Source: a bacterium
Lineage (GTDB): Bacteria; Verrucomicrobiota; Kiritimatiellia; CAIKKV01; CAITUY01
Assembly: GCA_037143175.1 (NCBI GenBank)
Contig: JBAWZF010000001.1
Coordinates: forward strand, 106,199-170,198
Direction: 5' to 3'
Length of the DNA: 64,000 nucleotides
The notes under the pieces were generated by a model that searched no databases, was not told the origin of the DNA, and worked only from the letters and a program-made list of their open reading frames with translations. The translations under genes were made by a program, and so were the position numbers. This document shows, piece after piece, positions 1 through 8,051 of the stretch (position 1 is its first letter; the number at the start of each line of letters is the position of its first letter).

Positions 1-171
1 CACAAGATAGACCAGGCTCCATGTGGTAAGGGTATTGGCTACGATCGTGGCGCTTGCCCCTTGCTGCGACAGACGGATCGCATTGATGAACATAAACTGG
101 GCAACCACCATATCGGCAACCGCTGGCAGTAAGTAAATGCAGAGAGATAATCGCTGTCGAGAAATTTGCAT
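1..171 (-). CDS. Hypothetical membrane protein, N-terminal 57 aa only (gene runs off the window start)
   Basis: The reverse complement of 1-171 reads MQISRQRLSLCIYLLPAVADMVVAQFMFINAIRLSQQGASATIVANTLTTWSLVYLV from an ATG at 169-171. The reading frame is open to the window edge and the residues are hydrophobic. Confidence 0.3.
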   Translation of the reverse strand, partial: MQISRQRLSLCIYLLPAVADMVVAQFMFINAIRLSQQGASATIVANTLTTWSLVYLV

Positions 172-327
172 GGGCCGGAACGTACCATAGGGTGAAAACC
201 AGAGAAAGCGTGAAGTTAGATCTACTTGATTGTGTTTCCGTCTCGATTTTGACACTTTCTTAATCCGTGATTTTTTATATCTGAGTTTCGGAGTACGTGC
301 CAGCACCATCAGAAAAGTGGAATAATT

Positions 328-1446
328 ATGAAGATGCCTTCAAACAGTGAGCCTTTAAACTGCAAAGCGGATACCATGCGATATCGTCCCTTTGGTAAGA
401 CCGGTATGACCGTGTCCGCCCTGTCTTTTGGTTGTATGCGTTTGGGCGAGGATCAGCCTTATAACACTTCGCTCATTGCTCAGGCCATAGATATGGGAGT
501 CAATTATTTCGAGACTACACGGTATTACCTGGGCGGCACCTGTCAGCATCGTACGGCTCCGGGACTTGTTGGTAAAACAGCAGGGGTTATTATTTCCGGT
601 AAGGAAGGCATCGGTCCCGACCAGACGGCTTACCGGTTCCGAAAGGAGATCGAGCGCCAGCTCGATATTCTCGGGCTGACTCACTTCAAGTTTTTCCAGG
701 TTGGCTGGTTTGCCTGGGCCAATATGCCGCATCTGCTTAAACGTGGTGGTGTGCTTGAAGCCATCCGAAGCGCCCAGAATGAAGGTCTGATTCAGCATGT
801 CGGGTTTACCGGCCACGATACGCCGGAGAATTTCACCCGATGCATTGAGACGGGGTTATTTGACAGCCTGACTGTTCCTTACAATTTATTGAATCGTCAG
901 TATGAGCCGACCATCAAGCGGGCAGGGGAACTGGGTGTGGGCGTTGTGGCGATGTGCCCTGTCGCCGGGGGGATGTTATCCTTTGAATCCGACAAGTTGA
1001 AGGAAGCGCTCAAGATGGATCTGCCTACCACCGAGATGGCACTACGATTTGTTCTTTCCAATCCAAACGTGAGCACTGCCTGCTCCGGCATGAATCGAAC
1101 GGAACAGCTCGATCAGAACGTTAAAACGGTTCGGGAGTTTGTGCCCGGCTCGGTTGATTTTGAGGCGATGTGTGAAGGCCTGGATCGGTTGCGCGCCACA
1201 TTGGGCGACCGTTTTTGTACGATGTGCCGTTATTGTATGCCTTGTCCGCAAGGGGTTGACATTCCGCGGCATATGGAGGTTTACAGGAACTGGAAGTGTT
1301 TTGGCCTTTCGGATTGGCCTCAGAGCGGACTCAAGGGGATTCCGGAGGCGCAAAGCGCCGCCCGATGTAACGAGTGCGGCGCGTGCGAGCAGAAATGTCC
1401 TAATAGTCTGGGCATCCGGGCCATGCTGCGCGAACTCCGCATGTGA
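328..1446 (+). CDS. Aldo/keto reductase family oxidoreductase with C-terminal 4Fe-4S ferredoxin-like domain (COG1453-type)
   Basis: 372-aa ORF. The N-terminal AKR signature is RYRPFGKTGMTVSALSFGCMRL. The C-terminal Cys clusters are CTMCRYCMPCP and CNECGACEQKCP. Confidence 0.8.
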   Translation: MKMPSNSEPLNCKADTMRYRPFGKTGMTVSALSFGCMRLGEDQPYNTSLIAQAIDMGVNYFETTRYYLGGTCQHRTAPGLVGKTAGVIISGKEGIGPDQTAYRFRKEIERQLDILGLTHFKFFQVGWFAWANMPHLLKRGGVLEAIRSAQNEGLIQHVGFTGHDTPENFTRCIETGLFDSLTVPYNLLNRQYEPTIKRAGELGVGVVAMCPVAGGMLSFESDKLKEALKMDLPTTEMALRFVLSNPNVSTACSGMNRTEQLDQNVKTVREFVPGSVDFEAMCEGLDRLRATLGDRFCTMCRYCMPCPQGVDIPRHMEVYRNWKCFGLSDWPQSGLKGIPEAQSAARCNECGACEQKCPNSLGIRAMLRELRM

Positions 1447-1580
1447 GAATTCCCGCGTTATCAATATGAATTGAGGCTGTGGAGATTGCTTGAATCAGAG
1501 CAAGGGGTGGTATAGCCTCTGGCCCTATTTTGATAATGGATATTGTTTCTGTGTATGGGCTTTGGATTGGATCGAAAAGG

Positions 1581-4235
1581 ATGGCTATTATGACGAAATC
1601 AGCAATGACGGTGGCAGAAATCAGGCAATCGTTTATGGACTTCTACAAGTCCAAGCAACATCAGATTGTCCCCAGTTCGCCTGTGGTATTGCAAGCGGAT
1701 CCGACGCTTCTGTTCGTCAACGCCGGGATGAACCAGTTCAAGGAAATCTTTCTGGGTGCCCGTGTGAGCCAGTATGGGCGGGTTGCTAACAGTCAGAAGT
1801 GTATTCGCGTAAGCGGCAAACATAACGACCTCGAAGAGGTCGGCCATGATACCTATCATCATACCTTTTTCGAGATGCTGGGGAATTGGTCTTTCGGGGA
1901 TTACTACAAGCGGGAATCCATCGCCTGGGGCTGGGAACTGCTAACTAAGGTCTGGGGACTCCCCAAAAACCGTCTGTGGGCTACGGTTTATAAGAATGAT
2001 GATGAGGCAATTGCCATCTGGAAAGAGGTCACTGACATTGATCCAACCCATATTTTGAAATTTGCCGAAAAGGATAACTTCTGGGAAATGGGTGAAACCG
2101 GCCCCTGCGGGCCCTGCTCTGAAATTCATTTTGACCGTACGGTCAATGGCTGCACACCGGATATGATCAATGCCGGTCTGCAGGAGGTGATCGAAATCTG
2201 GAATCACGTCTTCATGCAGTACAATCGTCGACAAGATGGGTCTCTCGAGGAGCTTCCTGCCAAACACGTCGATACCGGGATGGGGTTGGAACGTGTGGTT
2301 TCCGTGATTCAGGGGAAGACCTCCAACTACGACACCGACATCTTTCAGCCCGTGATCCAGAAGATGGTCCAGATGAGTGGGTATCCCTATGAAGGATCGG
2401 GAGGGGTGGCGATGCGGGTGATTGCCGATCACCTCCGGACGCTCGCCTTTGCCATTGGTGATGGGGTGCTTCCCTCTAATGACGGGCGGGGATATGTGTT
2501 GCGTCGTTTACTGCGCCGTGCGGTTCGCTATGGACGGAAGATCGGCTTTACCAAGCCCTTTATGACGGCGCTACTGCCCACACTGGAGGAGACGATGGGT
2601 GCTCAATACCCGGAGTTAGGTCAACATCGCAAAGAGATTGCCCGGGCTATTCTGGCTGAGGAGGAGAGTTTCTCTGTGACCCTTGACCGGGGGCTTTTCC
2701 TGTTTGATGAGGTGACTGCCGACGTGGTTGCTTCTAGGAGTACTGTGTTCCCCGGAGATGCGGCCTTCAAACTCTACGATACCTACGGGTTCCCGCTGGA
2801 CCTGACCGTGGTAATCGCCAAAGAAAAAGGTTTGGATGTCGATGAAAAGCGGTTTGCTGTTTTGATGGATGAGCAGCGGAAACGGGCTCGGAATGCCCGC
2901 AAGGCGGCCACGGCGGACGCTGATGTGGATCTGGTGTCGGATCTTGTTGCGAGTGGTATCAAAACGAAATTCATCGGTTACGCCGGCCTTTCCGGCAAAG
3001 CCCCTGTACTGAAACTATTGGGCAAGGATGCCGCTGGGGCTAGTGCTGTGGTGGAAGCAATGTTCGAAGGGCAGGAAGGCGCCATTCTGCTGGCGGAAAC
3101 ATCTTTTTATCCAGAAAAAGGCGGACAAGTCGGGGATCGTGGAACCATTACCGGCCCCGATGGTGAGTTTGAAGTGACGGATACCCGGCAACCGACCGAA
3201 GGAATCGTTCTTCATGTGGGGCGGGTGACGCGCGGTAAAATAACGGCAAGTGAGATGGTGTCAGCCACTGTGGACCCCGAGAGACGGGCGGCGACGGCCC
3301 GTCACCATACGGCAACGCATTTAATGCAGTTTGCCTTGAAAGAGATTGTGGGCACCAGCATTAAGCAGGCTGGCTCCATGGTTTCTCCCGAGCGGCTGCG
3401 GTTTGACTTTAATTACTTCCAGGCGCTAACACCGCTTGAGCTGGCTGCCGTAGAGCGCCGTGTTAATGAACTGATTATTGCCAATGCGTCTGTTGGCATC
3501 AGTGAGATGGCTCTTAAAGATGTGCCCGGATCGGGGATTGTTGCCATCTTTGATGAGAAATATGGTGACACCGTGAGGGTCGTGAATGTAGGTGGATTCA
3601 GTCGTGAGCTCTGTGGGGGAACTCATGTATCGGCCACGGGCACAATTGGCCTGTTCAGGATCGTGTCGGAATGTTCCATCGCTTCCGGAGTTCGGCGCAT
3701 CGAGGCCGTGACCGGCATCCCGGCCTATGACGCGATGTGTAATGACCGGTCTATGTTGGAGGGCTTGGCCAAGCGTTTCAGTGTGTCGGCAGTCGAAATC
3801 CCCGGACGTGTGGACACTCTTGTGGATCAGGTGAAGGCGCTTGAAAAGCAGATCAGGGATAACGAAAATGCCGCAGCGATGCAGAAGTTAGATGGTGTTC
3901 TGGCCGCTGCGGCAGAGGTAAAAGGGGTCAAACTGATGGCCGTTGCGGTGGGCGAGGTTTCTCCTGATGCCCTGAAGAATCTCGCGGAAGCGGCTCTCGA
4001 AAAGGCTGGATCTGCTGTTGTGGTTCTCGGTGCGACAAGCGATGGTAAGGCCCAGTTTATCGTGGTTGTGAGCCCTGATCTTGTGAAGAAGGGAGTCCAT
4101 GCCGGCAAGATTATCAAGGAAGTGGCCAAGATCGCGGGCGGCGGCGGTGGTGGTCAGCCGGCCATGGCGCGGGCTGGTGGCAAAGATGTGAGTAAGATTG
4201 CCGAGGCGGTGGCGAAGGCAAGTGAATTGGTATAG
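1581..4235 (+). CDS. alaS: Alanine--tRNA ligase
   Basis: 901-aa ORF. The N-terminus reads TVAEIRQSFMDFYKSKQHQIVPSSPVV and the HxxxH editing motif is RHHTATH. The C-terminal DHHA1-like region carries a GGGGGQ motif. The ORF track starts at 1530, but 1581 or 1590 is the likelier start, each with an upstream AAAAGG. Confidence 0.95.
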   Translation: MAIMTKSAMTVAEIRQSFMDFYKSKQHQIVPSSPVVLQADPTLLFVNAGMNQFKEIFLGARVSQYGRVANSQKCIRVSGKHNDLEEVGHDTYHHTFFEMLGNWSFGDYYKRESIAWGWELLTKVWGLPKNRLWATVYKNDDEAIAIWKEVTDIDPTHILKFAEKDNFWEMGETGPCGPCSEIHFDRTVNGCTPDMINAGLQEVIEIWNHVFMQYNRRQDGSLEELPAKHVDTGMGLERVVSVIQGKTSNYDTDIFQPVIQKMVQMSGYPYEGSGGVAMRVIADHLRTLAFAIGDGVLPSNDGRGYVLRRLLRRAVRYGRKIGFTKPFMTALLPTLEETMGAQYPELGQHRKEIARAILAEEESFSVTLDRGLFLFDEVTADVVASRSTVFPGDAAFKLYDTYGFPLDLTVVIAKEKGLDVDEKRFAVLMDEQRKRARNARKAATADADVDLVSDLVASGIKTKFIGYAGLSGKAPVLKLLGKDAAGASAVVEAMFEGQEGAILLAETSFYPEKGGQVGDRGTITGPDGEFEVTDTRQPTEGIVLHVGRVTRGKITASEMVSATVDPERRAATARHHTATHLMQFALKEIVGTSIKQAGSMVSPERLRFDFNYFQALTPLELAAVERRVNELIIANASVGISEMALKDVPGSGIVAIFDEKYGDTVRVVNVGGFSRELCGGTHVSATGTIGLFRIVSECSIASGVRRIEAVTGIPAYDAMCNDRSMLEGLAKRFSVSAVEIPGRVDTLVDQVKALEKQIRDNENAAAMQKLDGVLAAAAEVKGVKLMAVAVGEVSPDALKNLAEAALEKAGSAVVVLGATSDGKAQFIVVVSPDLVKKGVHAGKIIKEVAKIAGGGGGGQPAMARAGGKDVSKIAEAVAKASELV

Positions 4236-4257
4236 GGGAGCGGGTTATTTGTTCTGA

Positions 4258-4306
4258 GTTATTGGTTATTGGGGCTGAATAACCATAACCGATAACAGAT
4301 AACTGA
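4258..4306. promoter_or_regulatory. Palindromic cluster of GTTATT / (G/A)ATAAC repeats between alaS and the zinc-ribbon gene (imperfect hairpin; possible operator or atypical terminator)
   Basis: The sequence GTTATTGGTTATTGGGGCTGAATAACCATAACCGATAACAGATAAC carries two GTTATT repeats on the left, a GGGGCTG loop and four ATAAC repeats on the right. It can pair over 8-9 bp, but no T-tract follows. Confidence 0.3.
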
Positions 4307-4325
4307 GATCCCTAAGGAGTGCTTA

Positions 4326-4673
4326 ATGGCCAGTGTTGAGATAATTTGTTCTGCATGTGGGCAGGAAAGTTTGCTTAAACGTGTGCCTAAGTTTGACGGG
4401 TTCAAGAAGGTCGGGGAGAGCCTGACCTGCGCGGCCTGTGGACATGAGTATTTGGATGAGGCTGAGGTGCCGTTTAAGCAGCGGCGCAAGCCGAAGGTGT
4501 TTGATGACAGCGACGTCTCCCGCGTCATTAAGGTGTTTGATGAGGCCGAGGCGGAACGCCTTTGCCGGCACTGTCAGCACTATGTGGTGAATCCCTTCGT
4601 ACAACGATGCAGCAAACACGGCAAGGTCGTGGAAGCCACTGATACTTGCCGTGACTTTTTAAAGAAATTATGA
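4326..4673 (+). CDS. Small zinc-ribbon protein (CxxC x2 N-terminal, CxxC + Cys C-terminal), function unknown
   Basis: 115-aa ORF with C8/C11, C36/C39 and a C-terminal CRHCQH...C...C. A GGAG lies 8 nt upstream of the ATG. Confidence 0.5.
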   Translation: MASVEIICSACGQESLLKRVPKFDGFKKVGESLTCAACGHEYLDEAEVPFKQRRKPKVFDDSDVSRVIKVFDEAEAERLCRHCQHYVVNPFVQRCSKHGKVVEATDTCRDFLKKL

Positions 4674-5807
4674 TTTCAGACCGAACATCTGTTCCTTGAG
4701 ATCCAGGTAATAGAGGTAATATTCCGGTTTCACATTGGGGGGGCACCGATGATCGCAGAACGGGATGTAACCGCCACGTTCGACAAGCGGAATCAAGGTT
4801 TTCATATAAGCTTTGATGGCGTCGGGGCCTTTGGCCATCTCGATTTTATCGAACCCGCCCATGATGCGCAGTTCTTTGCCGTACTCAGCCAGCAGTTCTG
4901 CCGGGTGGGCGCAGCCATTGACTTCAAAGGGGAACAGGCAATTCATGCCCCCTTCCATCATATATTTTAAAATGGGTCTCACATCGCCATCACAATCAAT
5001 CCACCAGAGCTTGATTCCTGCGGCTTGGAGGCGTTTGGAAATTCGTTTGTAGCGAGGCATCACGACGTCGCGGAAGAAATCGGCCGAGACGATGGGCCCA
5101 TTTTTAAAGCAAATATCCTCCCAGCCAGCCGCGAAGTCGAAATCCATTTGGGGGAGCATCTGGTCGAGGGCATTCTCGACGAGTTGGCAGGACGTTTCGA
5201 CCATGTCCTCAACCATTTCCGGGTAGTCAAAGCCAGCGTAGGCGAGACCCTCAAAAGTCAGCATGTCACGAATTTTACCGATCATTGAGCCGCACCAGAC
5301 GCCCAGGGGATAGTCCCGGGTCGTGGGATGAGCGCGTTTCATCGCTTCGATATTTACCTTGCGCGCGGGATCGTCCAGCCGGAACCGTTCTTCCTTGCAG
5401 CGTTTCCAGTCGTCCGGGGTCACGATGCTGGCCTTGATGTAATGGGGGATTGTGTCGTGGCCATCCTTGGGGACCTCGGCCAGCAAACCATCCCCGTTCA
5501 TGACAATTTTCGTGTTCGCGGTTTCCTCAATCACCGCATGGGGGAACGGCGGACTCATCCATACATTGCCTCCCGTCACGGCCTGTTTATCAAAGCTGAA
5601 AAATACATCCGCCTCGTCATTATTCTTAATGTTGTTTTTTGTAAATAGATCCCATTCGCTGAAGTTCTCTTCCCAGTAGCCAAACTCCATGTTGAAACAG
5701 CGGTCAACCGGGAGATACTGCATCTGGTTGTTGAAGCGCTGGCGGTCAGTCATGGTGCCCTTCCATTTTTGACGGCAGGGAGTGATCACTTTTTGGGGAG
5801 AGCTCAT
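4668..5807 (-). CDS. Uroporphyrinogen decarboxylase (URO-D) family protein (HemE/MtaA-like methyltransferase/decarboxylase fold)
   Basis: 379-aa ORF with the size and general composition of URO-D-like proteins. This is a family-level guess from sequence feel rather than specific motifs. It lies divergent to an AraC regulator. Confidence 0.5.
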   Translation of the reverse strand: MSSPQKVITPCRQKWKGTMTDRQRFNNQMQYLPVDRCFNMEFGYWEENFSEWDLFTKNNIKNNDEADVFFSFDKQAVTGGNVWMSPPFPHAVIEETANTKIVMNGDGLLAEVPKDGHDTIPHYIKASIVTPDDWKRCKEERFRLDDPARKVNIEAMKRAHPTTRDYPLGVWCGSMIGKIRDMLTFEGLAYAGFDYPEMVEDMVETSCQLVENALDQMLPQMDFDFAAGWEDICFKNGPIVSADFFRDVVMPRYKRISKRLQAAGIKLWWIDCDGDVRPILKYMMEGGMNCLFPFEVNGCAHPAELLAEYGKELRIMGGFDKIEMAKGPDAIKAYMKTLIPLVERGGYIPFCDHRCPPNVKPEYYLYYLDLKEQMFGLKS

Positions 5808-5837
5808 GAGGTATATCCTTCCTTAATATTGCAGAAC

Positions 5838-6752
5838 ATGAATAAAAGTAATTTGTTAAAAACAAAAACCAGTTACTATGAGTTAGTATACATTGAATGG
5901 ATCAGGAAAACAATGGATGACGGTTGGGTTTTCATGGACAATAATAAGAAATTTATTCAGCTAACGGTGAATGAGCTTCGCCCTGTTGTGAGTGTTGCGA
6001 ATTACTTGGAGGTCAGTCGCGGGCGGTATTGGGGCGAACGACAAATACCGGATTTCGAATTAATCCTGATTATCGAAGGACGTTTTGCCTATGAAACCCG
6101 AACGGCTTCTCCCCTTATTTTGAGCGCCGGAGATGTATTGCTGATTCCCCCGATGGAGTGGCACACTGTCAGGCGGGTAGATGAGCTGGCTCATGCAGTT
6201 TTTAGTTGTATTCATGGCGAGCTCATTCCCGGTGCGAGCTGGGCGCAGGGAGACTATGGCTTTTCGCCACCCCCCCAGCGGGTGACCCGAACGGACGGCG
6301 ATACCGCCATTCATGACCTGTTTATGCGCTGTCGGACGGTGTTCGAGGGGTATGATAAATATCGGGCGGTGTTGCTTGAGACCATACTTAAGGAAATCTG
6401 GGTGAGGTTAGCTGGGTTCTGGAGTGGAGGGCAGTCGGGCGTTTTTTCAGGGCGGATGAAGGTCATGGTGTCATATCTTCGTACTCATCTCGACCAGAAG
6501 ATCACCCGGCGCAGTTTAGCTCATGTATTTGGGGTTACCCCGGAACATGTGAATGCGTTGTTTAGGAAACAGCTTGGAGTCACGCCCACCCAGTTCATTC
6601 ATCGCGAGCAGATGCAGTTGGCCTACCGCTATCTGCGTGATGAGGGACTCAGTGTCAAGGAGACGGCCGCACGCCTGGGATATGATGATCCCTTTTATTT
6701 TTCGAGGGTATTCAAGCGCGTGATGCATCGGACACCTGCTTCTGTTAGGTAG
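5838..6752 (+). CDS. AraC family transcriptional regulator (N-terminal cupin sensor + C-terminal HTH)
   Basis: The C-terminal AraC HTH reads LAHVFGVTPEHVNALFRKQLGVTPTQFIHREQMQLAYRYL...LGYDDPFYFSRVFKR. The track start of 5769 overlaps the divergent gene, so the ATG at 5838 (MNKSNLL) is preferred. Confidence 0.8.
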   Translation: MNKSNLLKTKTSYYELVYIEWIRKTMDDGWVFMDNNKKFIQLTVNELRPVVSVANYLEVSRGRYWGERQIPDFELILIIEGRFAYETRTASPLILSAGDVLLIPPMEWHTVRRVDELAHAVFSCIHGELIPGASWAQGDYGFSPPPQRVTRTDGDTAIHDLFMRCRTVFEGYDKYRAVLLETILKEIWVRLAGFWSGGQSGVFSGRMKVMVSYLRTHLDQKITRRSLAHVFGVTPEHVNALFRKQLGVTPTQFIHREQMQLAYRYLRDEGLSVKETAARLGYDDPFYFSRVFKRVMHRTPASVR

Positions 6753-6782
6753 CTGTGGTGAATTCTATCAAGGGGAACGATT

Positions 6783-7361
6783 ATGCATAATTTCTGGTTG
6801 TGTTTTGTGCCGCTGTTTGTTGCCGTGGATGCGGTGGGTGTGCTTCCGATGTTTTTGGCCCTGACCGAGGGCATTGACCAACAGAAGCTCCGGAAGGTGA
6901 TCTGGCAATCACTGATTACCGGCACCCTGGTGGCGATTGTTTTTGTGATGATCGGGAAGGCTGTATTCCAACTGCTGGGGATCACGACTTCCGACTTCAT
7001 GGTCGCGGGGGGAGTTCTGCTTTTTGCCATTTCATTGCGCGATCTTCTGGTGAGCAATAAACATCCGGATCCAGAGGATCCTGATAGTCTCGGCGCTGTT
7101 CCAGTTGGGGTTCCCCTGATTGTCGGGCCAGCGGTGCTGACCACCATCTTACTGCTCGTCGATCAGTATGGAATTATTCCCACGATCTCTGCCGCCATCA
7201 TGAACATTCTGCTGGCTGGTATTGTTTTCCACTTCGCCGGTTTCATTACCTCCCTTTTGGGCCGGGCAGGTACCAAAGCCGTCTCCAAACTGGCCAGTCT
7301 CCTGCTCGCCGCGATCGCCGTGATGATGGTGCGAAAAGGTATCATCCAATTCATGCATTAG
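6783..7361 (+). CDS. MarC family (UPF0056) integral membrane protein
   Basis: 192-aa polytopic ORF MHNFWLCFVPLFVAVDAVGVLPMFLAL... with MarC-like length and topology. Confidence 0.7.
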   Translation: MHNFWLCFVPLFVAVDAVGVLPMFLALTEGIDQQKLRKVIWQSLITGTLVAIVFVMIGKAVFQLLGITTSDFMVAGGVLLFAISLRDLLVSNKHPDPEDPDSLGAVPVGVPLIVGPAVLTTILLLVDQYGIIPTISAAIMNILLAGIVFHFAGFITSLLGRAGTKAVSKLASLLLAAIAVMMVRKGIIQFMH

Positions 7362-7710
7362 GCGGATTCATTCGCCGGATGGATGCCAGTATGATCAGAT
7401 ATTGGAGGGCGATCAGACTGCCGAATATGAAACTGGCCAGAATCAGGTTCTGGGGGAGAAGCCGGTTGAGGAGGGGGTGTAGCAGGAATATATTCATCCA
7501 CCAGCCTGCACAAAATGATTCCGGCCATCCTCCATATTTCAGTAGGCTGGGCACAATTGCGGCAAAGCCAAGGCCCCAGGCGGCGAGGACCCACCACCTT
7601 GCGGCAGCGTACACATGCCGTCGCGTTTGCCAGGCCGTTCTGAGGCGTGGAGCCAGTAGCACCATGCCCGCCGTCATTCCCACCGCGAAATGGAGTGCAG
7701 CGTGAGCCAT
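7351..7710 (-). CDS. Hypothetical membrane protein
   Basis: 119-aa hydrophobic ORF starting MAHAALHFAVGMTAGMVLLA. Its ATG overlaps the stop of the upstream gene (TGATG). Confidence 0.4.
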   Translation of the reverse strand: MAHAALHFAVGMTAGMVLLAPRLRTAWQTRRHVYAAARWWVLAAWGLGFAAIVPSLLKYGGWPESFCAGWWMNIFLLHPLLNRLLPQNLILASFIFGSLIALQYLIILASIRRMNPPNA

Positions 7711-8051
7711 CAGGGAGTCTCCCGTATTTTTAGTTCACGCAGGGCAGCCAGCATAACCGCCATCCCCAGCAAAAAGATTCCCGCAGCATACCAGGAGGAG
7801 TCGGTCTCAATCTGGTCAATGGTATAGTGCCAGAAGAAGATATTGATCCGTGGATCCATGGAGAGCTTCATATAGAGTGAGTGCCAGCCAACTAACCGGG
7901 GAAGATCCGGAATGGACGCCCACACGCCGCAGATGGCCATGGCGAGGGGAGTGATGATGAGCATGGCAAAACTCGCCCGGCAGTGCCGTATTAAGTACCA
8001 GATAAGCGCTATGGCAAATGGAAATGACGCACCCAGGAGGCTGTGGTTCAT
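7710..8051 (-). CDS. Hypothetical membrane protein
   Basis: 113-aa hydrophobic ORF. Its start overlaps the stop of the O-antigen-ligase-like gene by 4 bp. Confidence 0.4.
   Translation of the reverse strand: MNHSLLGASFPFAIALIWYLIRHCRASFAMLIITPLAMAICGVWASIPDLPRLVGWHSLYMKLSMDPRINIFFWHYTIDQIETDSSWYAAGIFLLGMAVMLAALRELKIRETP

Noticed and set aside
355-1474. Antisense or overlapping ORFs within the AKR/Fe-S gene (355-816, 897-1091, 1042-1464, 1139-1474)
   Set aside because: They lie fully inside a well-supported CDS on the opposite strand or in another frame. High GC inflates the lengths of spurious ORFs.
1490-1789. 99-aa ORF overlapping the alaS 5' end
   Set aside because: It is out of frame with alaS, which has strong homology support from about 1581 onward. 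It has no independent support.
7351-8051. Possibility that 7710-8051 and 7351-7710 are one split DUF457/YdjM-type metal-dependent hydrolase
   Set aside because: The N-terminus-like segment (MAHAALHFAVG) sits in the downstream ORF, so the order is wrong for a simple split. The genes are separated by a clean TGATG junction. Without a search I cannot assign DUF457, so both are left as hypothetical membrane proteins.
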